A stretch of DNA of 51,631 bases, from positions 1 to 51,631 of the forward strand of contig JAHFLN010000003.1 in NCBI GenBank assembly GCA_023244835.1, written 5' to 3'. This stretch comes from Candidatus Harrisonbacteria bacterium. Its GTDB lineage: Bacteria > Patescibacteriota > Minisyncoccia > UBA6257 > UBA11618. The notes under the pieces were generated by a model, which was not told where the DNA came from, searched no databases, and saw nothing but the letters and a program-made list of their open reading frames with translations. Made by a program: the position numbers and the translations under genes. Of this stretch, positions 9,222-18,949 are shown piece after piece (within the stretch, counting starts at the first letter, position 1; each line of letters opens with the position of its first letter).

Positions 9222-9808
9222 AAGATATAATCGCATTTTCAGGGCAGGTGGCAGATCGGCTTATCATGCAATATGGGGAATATGTTTTTTTAAGCGCGAA
9301 AATCAAGGGGCTTGAGGATGAAAAATTCAGAATGATTTTAGCGATAGCGAAAGAAAGGAGTATTGGCGTTCAGGATGCGCTGAAGCAAGAGGCGGATGGC
9401 ATGCTGAAGCGGATGAATGAGATCATCGCGCTGTATAGGATTGATTTGGAACGCGTTTCGGACGAGATGACGTTTCCAAACCCGCTTATATGGATGACGT
9501 ACAAGTACAAGGCGTATAAGGGAACGAGTAGCGAGATCGCCACCATGGGAGATTTCAGGAGGCACTGCGCGCCTGCGGGATATATATGCACCGCCCGTTT
9601 CGGCTTCATGCGGGATTATATGGAGGATAAGAACCGGATAAATATAAATGATAAGGCGAGGTATCCGGATGAAATAAAGCTTCCCGATTTTTATTTGAGC
9701 AAGGAAGCAGTTGGCTTATTAGCGGATACGGATTTCATGTCCGAATGGAAGCGGAGGGAATATCTCATAACGGAAAATAAGATCAATAAATGGAATGCGT
9801 CCCACTAG
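9209..9808 (+). CDS. Hypothetical protein
   Basis: 199-aa ORF overlapping both neighbours in the operon. Confidence 0.75.
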   Translation: MQELKDIIAFSGQVADRLIMQYGEYVFLSAKIKGLEDEKFRMILAIAKERSIGVQDALKQEADGMLKRMNEIIALYRIDLERVSDEMTFPNPLIWMTYKYKAYKGTSSEIATMGDFRRHCAPAGYICTARFGFMRDYMEDKNRININDKARYPDEIKLPDFYLSKEAVGLLADTDFMSEWKRREYLITENKINKWNASH

Positions 9809-10937
9809 GATAGTCTTCTATGGGGTGATTGCATTGGTCGCGGCCTTAGGGGTATTTCTCATATCCGGCCGCGCGGATTCATTTTTTATACGCGCATTGC
9901 CGTCTGATTCCACTTCATTTTCATTTGCGCGGATAACGGACATAAGCGAAGAAGTACACCTCGAATCTCCTGCGCCATATTACATTCAGACGATACAAGC
10001 CGATTTTCTCCATAATGAGAATGGCGGCGGGAAAACGATTACCCATTATCGCGGCTTACTTGGTGCGGACGCAGGGCAGAAAATGCGCGTCGGCGAAACG
10101 GTCGTCCTCGTGAAAAATACGAACTTCGAGGGCGGGGATGCGTATTTCATATCCGACCGTTATCATTTACCCGCGTTACTCGGTCTCGGACTGCTCTTTT
10201 TCGTCGCAGTCGTCGCACTCGGCGGATTGCGGGGCCTTACTTCCTTTCTGGGGCTTATCTCAAGTATTGCCGTTTTACTACTGTATATTGTCCCCGCGAT
10301 TCTCGCAGGGCAAAACGCCCTATTCGTCAGTTTTATAGGCGCGAGCTTGATAGCCGTCTTTTCCCTATATCTCGGGCACGGGTTCAACGCACGAACGACA
10401 ATAGCGCTCATCGCCACGCTCATAACGCTCGGTATTGCGGTGGGTATGGCGGTCGCGTCGGTTTATTTCACAGAACTTATGGGTATTGCGTCAGAAGAAG
10501 GCTTTTTATTGAATCTAAAGGTTGCGACGCTCAGCCTGCGCGGGCTTCTACTTGCGGGTATCGTTATTGGCATGATGGGTGTTTTGGACGATGTGACAAC
10601 GGGACAGGCCGCAATCGTGCATGAATTACATGAAGCAAATCCGAGTTTGGATTTTCGCGAGTTATATCGCCGTGCCACGGCGGTCGGCAGGGAGCATATC
10701 GCGTCGCTTGTAAATACGCTCGTGCTTGCGTATGCGGGCGCATCGCTTCCCATATTTCTCTATCTTATTATACAGAGCCAGCGTGCGCCGTGGTGGATAG
10801 TTTTGAATCAAGAGCTTATCGCTGAGGAAATTGTACGTACGCTCGTGGGCAGCCTCGCGCTCGTGCTCGCCGTGCCGATTACGACCTCGCTTGCGGCGTG
10901 GTATTACGGAGTGATGGTAAAAATAGGTAATCAATAA
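9795..10937 (+). CDS. YibE/F-family membrane protein
   Basis: Multi-TM; G.LDDVT..Q, GREHI.S.VNTL.LAYAG and EEIVRTLVGS motifs. Confidence 0.9.
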   Translation: MRPTRIVFYGVIALVAALGVFLISGRADSFFIRALPSDSTSFSFARITDISEEVHLESPAPYYIQTIQADFLHNENGGGKTITHYRGLLGADAGQKMRVGETVVLVKNTNFEGGDAYFISDRYHLPALLGLGLLFFVAVVALGGLRGLTSFLGLISSIAVLLLYIVPAILAGQNALFVSFIGASLIAVFSLYLGHGFNARTTIALIATLITLGIAVGMAVASVYFTELMGIASEEGFLLNLKVATLSLRGLLLAGIVIGMMGVLDDVTTGQAAIVHELHEANPSLDFRELYRRATAVGREHIASLVNTLVLAYAGASLPIFLYLIIQSQRAPWWIVLNQELIAEEIVRTLVGSLALVLAVPITTSLAAWYYGVMVKIGNQ

Positions 10938-10984
10938 ACTAAATCAGTCCGTGTGCGGATAGATCGGGAATATAGATATGCTCG
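10933..10984. repeat. att-like repeat copy 3 (truncated)
   Basis: AATAAACTAAATC...GATCGGGAATATAGATATGCTCG; stops just before the csoR -35 box. Confidence 0.8.
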
Positions 10985-10988
10985 TAGC

Positions 10989-11019
10989 TTGACGAAATAT
11001 ACCCCTAGGGGGTATTAAT
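10989..11019 (+). promoter_or_regulatory. csoR promoter with CsoR/RcnR-type operator
   Basis: TTGACG -35; ATACCCC-TAG-GGGGTAT palindrome with C/G tracts at 10999-11015. Confidence 0.85.
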
Positions 11020-11025
11020 AAGAAT

Positions 11026-11292
11026 ATGGTCGATATATCGAAAAATAAAATTGCGCGGCGTCTGAAGATTGTCGAGGGGCAAGTGCGCGGGTTACAGGAA
11101 ATGGTCGATAAAGGTTCGTACTGCATCGATGTTATCACGCAAACATCGGCAGTGAAGCGGGCCTTGTCTGGCATCGAAGATATGATAATGGAGAATCATC
11201 TGGGTACATGCGTTATACGTCAGATCAAGAAGGGTGAAGAGGACAAGGCGCGGCAGGAGATATTGAAGGTGTATCGCCTGAAGCGTAAATAG
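11026..11292 (+). CDS. csoR: CsoR-family copper-sensing repressor
   Basis: RLKIVEGQVRGL..M, YC.DV and H...C metal-binding motif. Confidence 0.92.
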   Translation: MVDISKNKIARRLKIVEGQVRGLQEMVDKGSYCIDVITQTSAVKRALSGIEDMIMENHLGTCVIRQIKKGEEDKARQEILKVYRLKRK

Positions 11293-11311
11293 AAACATAC
11301 GTAAGAAAATT

Positions 11312-11566
11312 ATGATGAACTGGGCATATGGGTACGACGGTATGATGGGGTCGTTCGGTTTTGGCGGCTTTATTTTTATGGTGGCGTGGTGGGCGGTCGT
11401 CGCATACGTTCTTGTGTGGATATTTAAGCAGGTCGGACACGGGTGCGGAGGACATCGTTCCGGCGCGCATCATCCATCGGCGCTCGAAGTCCTCAAGGAA
11501 CGGTACGCGAAAGGCGAGATTGATAAGAAGGAATTTGAGGAAAAGAAACGGGACATAATCGGCTAA
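11312..11566 (+). CDS. SHOCT-domain small membrane protein
   Basis: GMMG, TM helix, then [21 protein letters not shown]. Confidence 0.88.
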   Translation: MMNWAYGYDGMMGSFGFGGFIFMVAWWAVVAYVLVWIFKQVGHGCGGHRSGAHHPSALEVLKERYAKGEIDKKEFEEKKRDIIG

Positions 11567-11571
11567 TAAGA

Positions 11572-13857
11572 ATGCAAACATATACGATAAAGGGAATGCA
11601 TTGTGCGTCATGCGCGAGCATCATCGAAGGCGCGCTAAAAAAAGCGGAGGGCGTTGTATCGGCCGAAGTGAATTATGGAACGGAATCCGCAAAAATAGAT
11701 TTTGACAGCGTGAAGACGAGCTCAGCCGAAATTTCAAAAAAAATCGAGCCACTCGGCTATTCGCTGATCGTTCCTACGGCTGAAGAGATGGGAATGTCTG
11801 AAGAGGAGCATGCCGGACATCTCGGATTGAACCAGTCGAAAAAGGAGAAGGCGGCAGAGCTTGCTGATATGAAGAGGAAGGTGATTGCCGTGCTGCCCCT
11901 CGCCGTTTTCAGCGCCTTCGTTATGGGGTGGGATATCCTTTCTTCATTCGGCACGGTGCCGCAGGTTCCGTACGTTTGGAAAGAATTTTTCCATCATCTT
12001 CTGCCGCTCATGGCGACATATGCGCTTTTCGTTACGGGTAAGCCCTATCTACTCGGCTTATACCGCTTTATCCGGCATGGTGCGGCAAATATGGACACTT
12101 TAATTGGTCTCGGTACCTCGGTGGCGTATGTGTATAGTTTTATCATTGCCGCTTTTGAGGAAGCCCTAAGGCCGTTTATCAATGTCGAAAATACCTATTA
12201 TGACGTCACGATTGTCGTTATCGCCTTTATCACGCTCGGTAAGTATCTCGAAGCGCGATCGAAACTGAAAACGGGCGACGCCATAGAAAAGCTCCTTAAT
12301 CTCCAGGTGAAAACGGCAACGGTAATCCGTAACGGGAAAGAAATAGAAGTTGCTGCGGATCAGGTAGTCCGAGGCGATATGATCATAGTGCGGCCTGCGG
12401 GAAAAATCCCTGTTGATGGAGTTGTTGTCGAAGGCTCGTCATACGTCGACGAGTCGATGATTTCCGGAGAGCCTATTCCTGTGGGAAAGGATATAGGAGA
12501 TATCGTTGTTGCGGGAACCATCAATACCACCGGATCATTTACGTTCAAGGCGACGAAGGTCGGGGCGGAGACGCTGCTTGCGGGCATAATACGAATGGTG
12601 AAAGAGGCGCAGGGGAGTCGCGCGCCCATACAGGCGTTAGCGGACAAAATCTCCGGTATTTTCGTTCCGGTTGTCTTAGCGTTATCAGTCGTTACGCTGA
12701 GCATATGGCTCGGTGCCGGAACCCAATATCTCGGACTCTCCCAGGCGCTTTCATATGGATTAGCTTCGTTCGTCGGCGTTCTCGTGATCGCCTGTCCCTG
12801 CGCCTTAGGGCTCGCGACGCCGACGGCGATCATTGTGGGAGTAGGCAAGGGCGCGGGCGCGGGAATCCTGATCAAGGACGCGGCGACGCTCGAAACGCTG
12901 CATAAGGCCGATGTCATCGTGATGGACAAGACAGGCACGATTACCAAGGGGAAGCCGGAGGTGGTTTCGATACGTAATGATTCAGGGCACGACGAAGGGC
13001 GCTTTATCTCATTGCTCGCGTCGCTCGAGAAAAAATCGGAGCATCCGATTGCCCATGCCATACTCTCGTATGCTAAGGAGGGGGGCAACGCGTTGTTCTC
13101 TGTGGACGGATTCGAGGCGATACGGGGTAAGGGTGTGCGCGGGCAGATTGAAAATACCGAGTATTATGCGGGAAATATAAGGATCATAGAAGATCTCGGC
13201 CTTTCGTTCGACACGGATTCGTTGGAAAGAGAAACCAGAGAAGGTAAGACGCCGGTGATTCTCGCAACAAGGGAGAAAGTATGGGGCGTAGCGATGGTCG
13301 CAGACGCCATAAAGCCGGAGGCGGCCGCGGCAGTGGCTCGCCTTCACGCGCTCGGTATGCAGGTTGTCATGCTTACGGGGGATACTAAGAACACGGCGCA
13401 GTATATAGGAAAACAAGTCGGTATCGACGAGGTGATCGCGGAGGCGTTGCCGGAGGAGAAAATACGGAAAATTAAGGAGTTGCAGTCAAAAGGGAAGATT
13501 GTGGTGATGGCCGGCGACGGAGTGAACGATGCGCCCGCTCTCGCGCAGGCCGATATCGGCATCGCGATGGCAACAGGGACCGACGCGGCGATCGAGAGCG
13601 CGGGCATAACTCTGCTTCACGGGGATATCTCGAAGTTGGTACAAGCGGTCAATCTATCGAAAATGACGATGCGTGGAATTAAGCAGAATCTATTTTGGGC
13701 GTTTATTTACAACATCGTCGGCATTCCGGTCGCGGCCGGGGCGTTGTATCCGTTTTTCGGGTGGCTCCTAAATCCCGCTATTGCGGGCCTTGCGATGGCG
13801 TTATCGAGCGTATCGGTGGTCGGTAATTCGCTCCGCCTCAAGGCGAAATCCCTATGA
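11572..13857 (+). CDS. copA: Cu(I)-exporting P1B-type ATPase
   Basis: GMHCASC HMA domain, SGEP, CPC, DKTGT, SEHP, GDGVND, YN and MALSS motifs. Confidence 0.96.
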   Translation: MQTYTIKGMHCASCASIIEGALKKAEGVVSAEVNYGTESAKIDFDSVKTSSAEISKKIEPLGYSLIVPTAEEMGMSEEEHAGHLGLNQSKKEKAAELADMKRKVIAVLPLAVFSAFVMGWDILSSFGTVPQVPYVWKEFFHHLLPLMATYALFVTGKPYLLGLYRFIRHGAANMDTLIGLGTSVAYVYSFIIAAFEEALRPFINVENTYYDVTIVVIAFITLGKYLEARSKLKTGDAIEKLLNLQVKTATVIRNGKEIEVAADQVVRGDMIIVRPAGKIPVDGVVVEGSSYVDESMISGEPIPVGKDIGDIVVAGTINTTGSFTFKATKVGAETLLAGIIRMVKEAQGSRAPIQALADKISGIFVPVVLALSVVTLSIWLGAGTQYLGLSQALSYGLASFVGVLVIACPCALGLATPTAIIVGVGKGAGAGILIKDAATLETLHKADVIVMDKTGTITKGKPEVVSIRNDSGHDEGRFISLLASLEKKSEHPIAHAILSYAKEGGNALFSVDGFEAIRGKGVRGQIENTEYYAGNIRIIEDLGLSFDTDSLERETREGKTPVILATREKVWGVAMVADAIKPEAAAAVARLHALGMQVVMLTGDTKNTAQYIGKQVGIDEVIAEALPEEKIRKIKELQSKGKIVVMAGDGVNDAPALAQADIGIAMATGTDAAIESAGITLLHGDISKLVQAVNLSKMTMRGIKQNLFWAFIYNIVGIPVAAGALYPFFGWLLNPAIAGLAMALSSVSVVGNSLRLKAKSL

Positions 13858-14876
13858 CAAAAACATTCACGCTTCATGTTCATGGGATGCACTGTAATTC
13901 ATGCGTTCTTGTGACCGAGCGCGAGCTGCGGAAGCATCCAAAAATATCCAGGGTACAATCAAGCCTTAAAACCCATTCGGTTGAAATCCAAGGTGATTTC
14001 GGAGATGAGTCGTTGGGCGCGATAGCCGAAGAGTTGACGGATGTGGTTTCGGGGTATGGCTATTCGCTTGCCATCGAGCGGCAGATGAGAAAGAAGAAAT
14101 GGGAGGATTTCAAAGTGGCGATTCCGCTCGCGATCGGATTCATCGCGGTATTCGTGTTATTGCAGAAAATAGGCATAGTGAATCTGGTGAGCGCATCCCG
14201 CGTGACCTACGGCACCGCATTCGCGGTAGGTATTATCGCCTCGCTTTCGACGTGTATGGCGGTCGTTGGGGGCTTAGTGCTCTCGATGTCGGCAACATTC
14301 GCGAAAGAGGGGGACGCGGTGCGTCCGCAGCTCTTATTCCATGGCGGAAGGCTACTGTCTTTTTTCATTCTTGGGGGCGTTCTCGGGGCGCTCGGCAAAG
14401 CGTTAACGCTCGCCCCAATCACGATGTTTGCCATAAATATTCTGATCGGGGCAGTGATGCTGATTCTTGGCATTAATCTGCTCGATGTATTCCACGGAGC
14501 TAAGCGGTTCCAATTCACGACGCCAAAATTCATTTCGCGGCATGCGTTCGGCGTTTCGGAGCTGAATCATACGCTCACGCCGTTTTTGGTCGGCATCGCG
14601 ACATTCTTCTTGCCGTGCGGTTTCACGCAATCGATGCAATTATATACGCTTACAACAGGAGGTTTTGTAAGCGGAGGGCTTACTATGCTCGCATTCGCTG
14701 TAGGAACATTACCCGTGCTTGCTCTGATTAGCTTTAGCTCGTTCAGTATTCATACAAAATCGCAGGCGGGCATCTTCTTCAAGACGGCGGGGCTTGTCGT
14801 GATAGCGTTCGCCATATTCAACTTGATAAATAGCGCGGCGGCCATCGGTCTCATTCCGCCTATATTCACCATATGA
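13854..14876 (+). CDS. HMA domain plus DsbD_2/TauE-like membrane protein
   Basis: [16 protein letters not shown] and FFLPCGFTQ motifs; ATGA overlaps on both sides. Confidence 0.85.
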   Translation: MTKTFTLHVHGMHCNSCVLVTERELRKHPKISRVQSSLKTHSVEIQGDFGDESLGAIAEELTDVVSGYGYSLAIERQMRKKKWEDFKVAIPLAIGFIAVFVLLQKIGIVNLVSASRVTYGTAFAVGIIASLSTCMAVVGGLVLSMSATFAKEGDAVRPQLLFHGGRLLSFFILGGVLGALGKALTLAPITMFAINILIGAVMLILGINLLDVFHGAKRFQFTTPKFISRHAFGVSELNHTLTPFLVGIATFFLPCGFTQSMQLYTLTTGGFVSGGLTMLAFAVGTLPVLALISFSSFSIHTKSQAGIFFKTAGLVVIAFAIFNLINSAAAIGLIPPIFTI

Positions 14877-15262
14877 AAATAAGCATCATATCTAGCATCG
14901 CCGCCGCCGCGCTCGTGATCCTCGCGCTCCTGTCCGTTCGGGGCGACTCGGGACAGCCTACTGATATTCCGGGGAATAATGTGACGGTCGAGAATGGGAG
15001 GCAGATAATCGAGCTACGGGCGAAAGGGGGCTACGCACCGAGAGAAAGTATCGCTAAAGCCGGCATGCCGACGATTCTGCGCATCAAAACAAGCGGCACA
15101 TTCGATTGTTCGTCGGCGGTCCGCATTCCCAGTATGGATATAAGCAGGAACTTGCCGTCATCAGGAACAACCGATATCGATATTGGTAATATACAATCAG
15201 GCACGCTGCAAGGTAGTTGCGGGATGGGCATGTATCCGTTCGAGGTTGTTTTCGAGAAGTAG
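14873..15262 (+). CDS. Cupredoxin-like domain protein
   Basis: N-terminal TM/signal, GGYAP and CGMGMY motifs. Confidence 0.82.
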   Translation: MKISIISSIAAAALVILALLSVRGDSGQPTDIPGNNVTVENGRQIIELRAKGGYAPRESIAKAGMPTILRIKTSGTFDCSSAVRIPSMDISRNLPSSGTTDIDIGNIQSGTLQGSCGMGMYPFEVVFEK

Positions 15263-15320
15263 GGGTAATCCCTAATTAGGCCGCATATTAAAAATACCGC
15301 TGGGCGAAACCATGCGGTAC

Positions 15321-15932
15321 TTATACAAAGGGGATTGGCAGGGGCATCGCGGGTAATACGAGCTGCGTCGGGTCGATCATCGCTACTGGCACAGTAATAA
15401 CCGGTGCCCACGAGACGTTCCAGTCGGGATGTCTAACGCTGATAGCATTCTCACGCAGGTCATGGGCATTGTGGTGGTATCTGCAGTGATCGAGCGCGTA
15501 CGACCGCATTTTCCGCCGCCATTCATCGGCATGCGCCGCTCTTCGGTCGTCATACTGATATTCGCGCTCCAAGAACCAATGCCGGGCGGTATCGAGAGGA
15601 GTTATGAAATACCAGACGACAACCCGATCCGCGCCCATTTTCAGGAATCGCGAAATCAGCTTCTCCCGATCGATGCAGGACCCATTCCACATATCGGCGA
15701 GGATGAGTGCCGAAGAATCCGTTAGGACTGCAGTCTTAATCTCTTCCATCATAACGTCGTACGCGACGCTCCATGCGCCTGTGTCGGTATCCGGCCAGGG
15801 AAAGCCGAATATCCGGGTCATGGTCTCGTCCAGGCTCATGTGCTGGATATCGGGATAGTGCGCGGCTATCTTCTTGCAATACGTTGTTTTGCCGGCCCCA
15901 CGAGGGCCGGATATCAGCACGACCGTGCTCAT
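15321..15932 (-). CDS. P-loop kinase (AAA_33-like)
   Basis: GPRGAGKTT Walker A; SD AAAGGAGG before ATG 15932. Confidence 0.78.
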   Translation of the reverse strand: MSTVVLISGPRGAGKTTYCKKIAAHYPDIQHMSLDETMTRIFGFPWPDTDTGAWSVAYDVMMEEIKTAVLTDSSALILADMWNGSCIDREKLISRFLKMGADRVVVWYFITPLDTARHWFLEREYQYDDRRAAHADEWRRKMRSYALDHCRYHHNAHDLRENAISVRHPDWNVSWAPVITVPVAMIDPTQLVLPAMPLPIPFV

Positions 15933-16111
15933 ACAAGCCTCCTTTCGTGTGGTAAGGAGCTGATTCAAAAAAATAGTATCTAATTTTTACTAACCGATGT
16001 CAATGCAAGGAATATTGACATTAATTAAGAATAAAGGTACTATAGTGCTCTTGGCGAGCGAGAGTCGCTTGCAAGAAGAAATCCTCGATCTTTGGAAAGG
16101 AATATATCGCG

Positions 16112-16648
16112 ATGCGAGAGTTCAAACTGGTGAAACTCCGTACTAAATGCCGGGATAAGGCGACTAACCTGCCCGGGATGGTGACCCATTGGCTCTTGGA
16201 TATGAATGGCGATGTGCAGTATCTCTTCCAGCCGAAGGGATTGGACGAGAGTGGGCGGCCCGTTGATAAGATCTGCGTATGTGCCGAGCGATTGGCGGTG
16301 AAGCCGGCTGATTTTGAAATGGCAGAGATCCAATTCGACATCCTCGGGAGTCAGGTGACTGATGAAGGGAGCGGATTTGCGGGAATGGCGACGCACCTCG
16401 TGTACCATCCCAACGGATGCTGTCACGTCCAAATCCAGCCAGCCGGGCTGACCAAGAAAAAAACCCCGATCCAGGCGTGCGAATTTGATTTACGCCAATG
16501 CAGCGGCCCGAAGATTCCGGTTTTGACCGAGCCTGAACGGAAGGCGAGTACGGTCGAGCGGCCATCTCCCGAGCCGATGCCTGGACGCCAAGTTTACGGT
16601 CAGGCGTCCTTGGCTCACAGCCGAAGTCCGATCAGCAGCGCTCGCTAG
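16112..16648 (+). CDS. Hypothetical protein made of two similar small beta domains
   Basis: Own promoter TTGACA-17-TACTAT (16015-16043), SD and terminator; internal repeat NG..QY/HV.QP.GL. Confidence 0.75.
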   Translation: MREFKLVKLRTKCRDKATNLPGMVTHWLLDMNGDVQYLFQPKGLDESGRPVDKICVCAERLAVKPADFEMAEIQFDILGSQVTDEGSGFAGMATHLVYHPNGCCHVQIQPAGLTKKKTPIQACEFDLRQCSGPKIPVLTEPERKASTVERPSPEPMPGRQVYGQASLAHSRSPISSAR

Positions 16649-16694
16649 CGATCGGTGCATTCATGCGTACATACTAGGCTGAAACAGAAATGAG

Positions 16695-16723
16695 GCCCCG
16701 AGATTCGATCTCGGGGCTTTTTT
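16695..16723 (+). terminator. Intrinsic terminator
   Basis: GCCCCGAGAT-TCG-ATCTCGGGGC followed by T6. Confidence 0.85.
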
Positions 16724-16751
16724 ATGGAAAACGAGCACGGTTCCGGAGCGG

Positions 16752-17036
16752 CTATACGCGGAGGGTCGCACGGCGCATATTATGCGGGCGGTGCATGCAG
16801 CCGGCCCAGCAGCACGGACGGCGCATGCCGTCTATAAGTTCCTCGCGCGTCCGCGTTATGCGACGGATTCTCGTTTCCGGTTTTATGGCGGATTCGATCC
16901 AGCAGATCCATTCATTGCGCGCGAGCGGAGTAATGCCTTCCCATGCCGCATGCGCCGCGCGGGCGGAGACGAGCGCTTTTTGCAGATCAGCAGGCGCTCC
17001 ATGAACCGTGCCCGGGGATATGTTTCGTGCGGCCAT
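16752..17036 (-). CDS. YdeI/OmpD-associated family protein
   Basis: P.DL..AL, W..ITPLARNEWICWI.SA.KPETR..RI and RRPCCWAGC motifs. Confidence 0.85.
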   Translation of the reverse strand: MAARNISPGTVHGAPADLQKALVSARAAHAAWEGITPLARNEWICWIESAIKPETRIRRITRTREELIDGMRRPCCWAGCMHRPHNMRRATLRV

Positions 17037-17104
17037 AGTCTAATCGTAGTTAACGTGCTTCGGTGTCGTCCAGTACGGAGTTGGTTTTTGATATACTGGT
17101 TTCC

Positions 17105-17740
17105 ATGCGTCCGTTCCCCGCGGCTATGCGCCATGAATTCTCCGTATTCAAGAAGTTAGATTCGCCGAGAAAGGTGCAATGTTTTATCGATAGTCTTCCC
17201 ATTAACTTCGAGAAAAAGAGCGAAACGTGCCGATCGCCGCTCATGGTCCTGCGGTCGGGCGAAGCTCATTGTGCCGAAGGCGCGATGCTTGCCGCCGCCA
17301 TTTTCTGGTACCATGGGGAGCGGCCATTGCTTCTCGATTTAAAGGTGGCGAAGAGAAGGGGCGATGTCGACCACGTGGTAACCCTCTTCAAGGAGGGGGG
17401 GCGATGGGGAGCGATCTCGAAGACTAATCATGCGGTTTTGCGGTACAGGGATCCGGTCTATAAGACCATCCGCGAGTTGGCGCTTTCATACTTCAACGAA
17501 TACTTTGTATTAGACAATGGGCTTAAAACGCTCCGTAGCTATTCGGCGCCGTTTAGCCTGCTCTCGTGGGACGACTCCTGGCTGACCGTGCAGTACGACC
17601 TCTGGGATATTATGAACGACCTCGATGGGTCGCGACATTTCGATGTTATGGAAAAAAGCGCCGTGCGCCGGTTGAGGCCGGCTGACACCATCGAGATACA
17701 GGCAGGCCAGATTGCTCAATGGTCGGAGAAAACGGAGTAG
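17105..17740 (+). CDS. Conserved hypothetical protein, transglutaminase-like Cys-His
   Basis: AHCAEGA, DHVV and WGAISKTNH..LRYRDPVY motifs; TATACT (17092-17097) just before ATG. Confidence 0.78.
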   Translation: MRPFPAAMRHEFSVFKKLDSPRKVQCFIDSLPINFEKKSETCRSPLMVLRSGEAHCAEGAMLAAAIFWYHGERPLLLDLKVAKRRGDVDHVVTLFKEGGRWGAISKTNHAVLRYRDPVYKTIRELALSYFNEYFVLDNGLKTLRSYSAPFSLLSWDDSWLTVQYDLWDIMNDLDGSRHFDVMEKSAVRRLRPADTIEIQAGQIAQWSEKTE

Positions 17741-17844
17741 GCGAAGAAAGATTCTCGTCGATTGTAATATACGCATTGACTGAATACGAGGATTATCGTA
17801 GTGTAAGCGAAGCATTCCAATTCGCCATAGAAAGGGGCGTGAAC

Positions 17845-18069
17845 ATGCACAGGGAAATAACTCTGCCTCAAGACACGCGCTGCTTCCGAAAGGATCCGAC
17901 TTCGGGCGTGCTCTGCTTCCAGGGGGAGGTGCGCCGGAAGGGCGAGGTTTTCACTATTAGTCCATCCGAAGACAGGGAGTATGACCATAGGCTGCAAAAG
18001 GTCGTTTCGTTCAGGTTCAACGATCAGGAATATTACATGATCGTTGCCGAGATGAATGTTCCGGCTTGA
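17845..18069 (+). CDS. Small hypothetical protein (74 aa)
   Basis: TTGACT promoter at 17776, SD AAAGGGG, terminator at 18096-18133. Confidence 0.6.
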   Translation: MHREITLPQDTRCFRKDPTSGVLCFQGEVRRKGEVFTISPSEDREYDHRLQKVVSFRFNDQEYYMIVAEMNVPA

Positions 18070-18095
18070 GCGATGGAATAAGGCGCATCTGTTGC

Positions 18096-18133
18096 AGATG
18101 CCGTTTGCAGGGTATGCGAACGGCATCTTTTTT
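18096..18133 (+). terminator. Intrinsic terminator
   Basis: AGATGCCGTTTGCA/TGCGAACGGCATCT stem followed by a T-tract. Confidence 0.82.
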
Positions 18134-18364
18134 AGCAAGATAGATGATCGTGATCTGAGCGGGAAGCTATAAAATTGTCCGTTTCACGGGCATCAGGAAT
18201 CCCTACCGACGACGGGTTCGATACTGATGAAATACCATATTTCTCCATGAGCGTCGAGGACAGGGGAGACGCGCAGTTCTTAAGAGTAGATTATGGATTG
18301 TGAATAAGACAAACATACAACGCCCCCGAAGGGGCGTTGTATGTGTACGAACAATATATACCCC

Positions 18365-18742
18365 TTACGCCTTCCGGAGTCCGGCCCACAAGGCCCAGAT
18401 ACCGACGACGAAGTGGAGAATCGTGTCCGACGGGTTCTGGAGCTGTGCGCCAAGGAAGTTCGAGCCTTCCGTGACGGGCCCCATAACGCTATAAAGTCCT
18501 ACGAATAGGGCGAAAAGTCCGACGATCACGACAAGCGGCTTCTGCGCGCTCGCGGGGAAAACCCACGCGGCGAGAAGGGCGACGATGCCGATCACGAGGT
18601 GTGCCCAGTTTTCGGCGTTATCGAAGTACCATGCCGCGCCGAAGAGGCTGTCGGAAGTGGGGCCGATGACGCCCAAAAAGCCGAGAACGCCTACAAGGAC
18701 GAGCACGATGCCGCCGAGAACGAGGAATTGCTTTGGATTCAT
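18365..18742 (-). CDS. Four-TM membrane protein (DUF4383-like)
   Basis: Hydrophobic helices with N.AHL..G and D.ILHFVVG motifs. Confidence 0.8.
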   Translation of the reverse strand: MNPKQFLVLGGIVLVLVGVLGFLGVIGPTSDSLFGAAWYFDNAENWAHLVIGIVALLAAWVFPASAQKPLVVIVGLFALFVGLYSVMGPVTEGSNFLGAQLQNPSDTILHFVVGIWALWAGLRKA

Positions 18743-18949
18743 GAAGTTTTAATACAGTACTAAACTAAACCGACCTTTGTGATAGTTTTTATCATACCAT
18801 AAGGCCGAGGCGAGTGAAGGGATTCCTGGGGAAAACAAGGATATATTGACAATTTTATAATAATATGCCATTATAATAATAGGACAGAGAAAGTAAGTTT
18901 TCTCTCTTTTTGGTACGCAATAACCCAGTTTTGGTTGTGGGGGGTTCTG

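Larger units (their letters stand above)
5628..15262. mobile_element. tRNA-Asn-anchored genomic island of tandem cassettes (no integrase visible; right end uncertain)
   Basis: Starts at the tRNA 3' end, is visibly AT-richer than the flanks in its left half, carries TA and metal cargo, and contains three att-like repeats. Confidence 0.65.

Noticed and set aside
6180-10984. CRISPR array or classical integron attC sites
   Set aside because: The repeats are ~70-100 bp, separated by whole genes, lack paired RYYYAAC/GTTRRRY boxes, and there is no cas or intI gene in the window.
15262-15320. Fourth att-like repeat closing the copper cluster
   Set aside because: No match to the repeat or the tRNA 3' end is visible, so the island's right boundary stays undefined.
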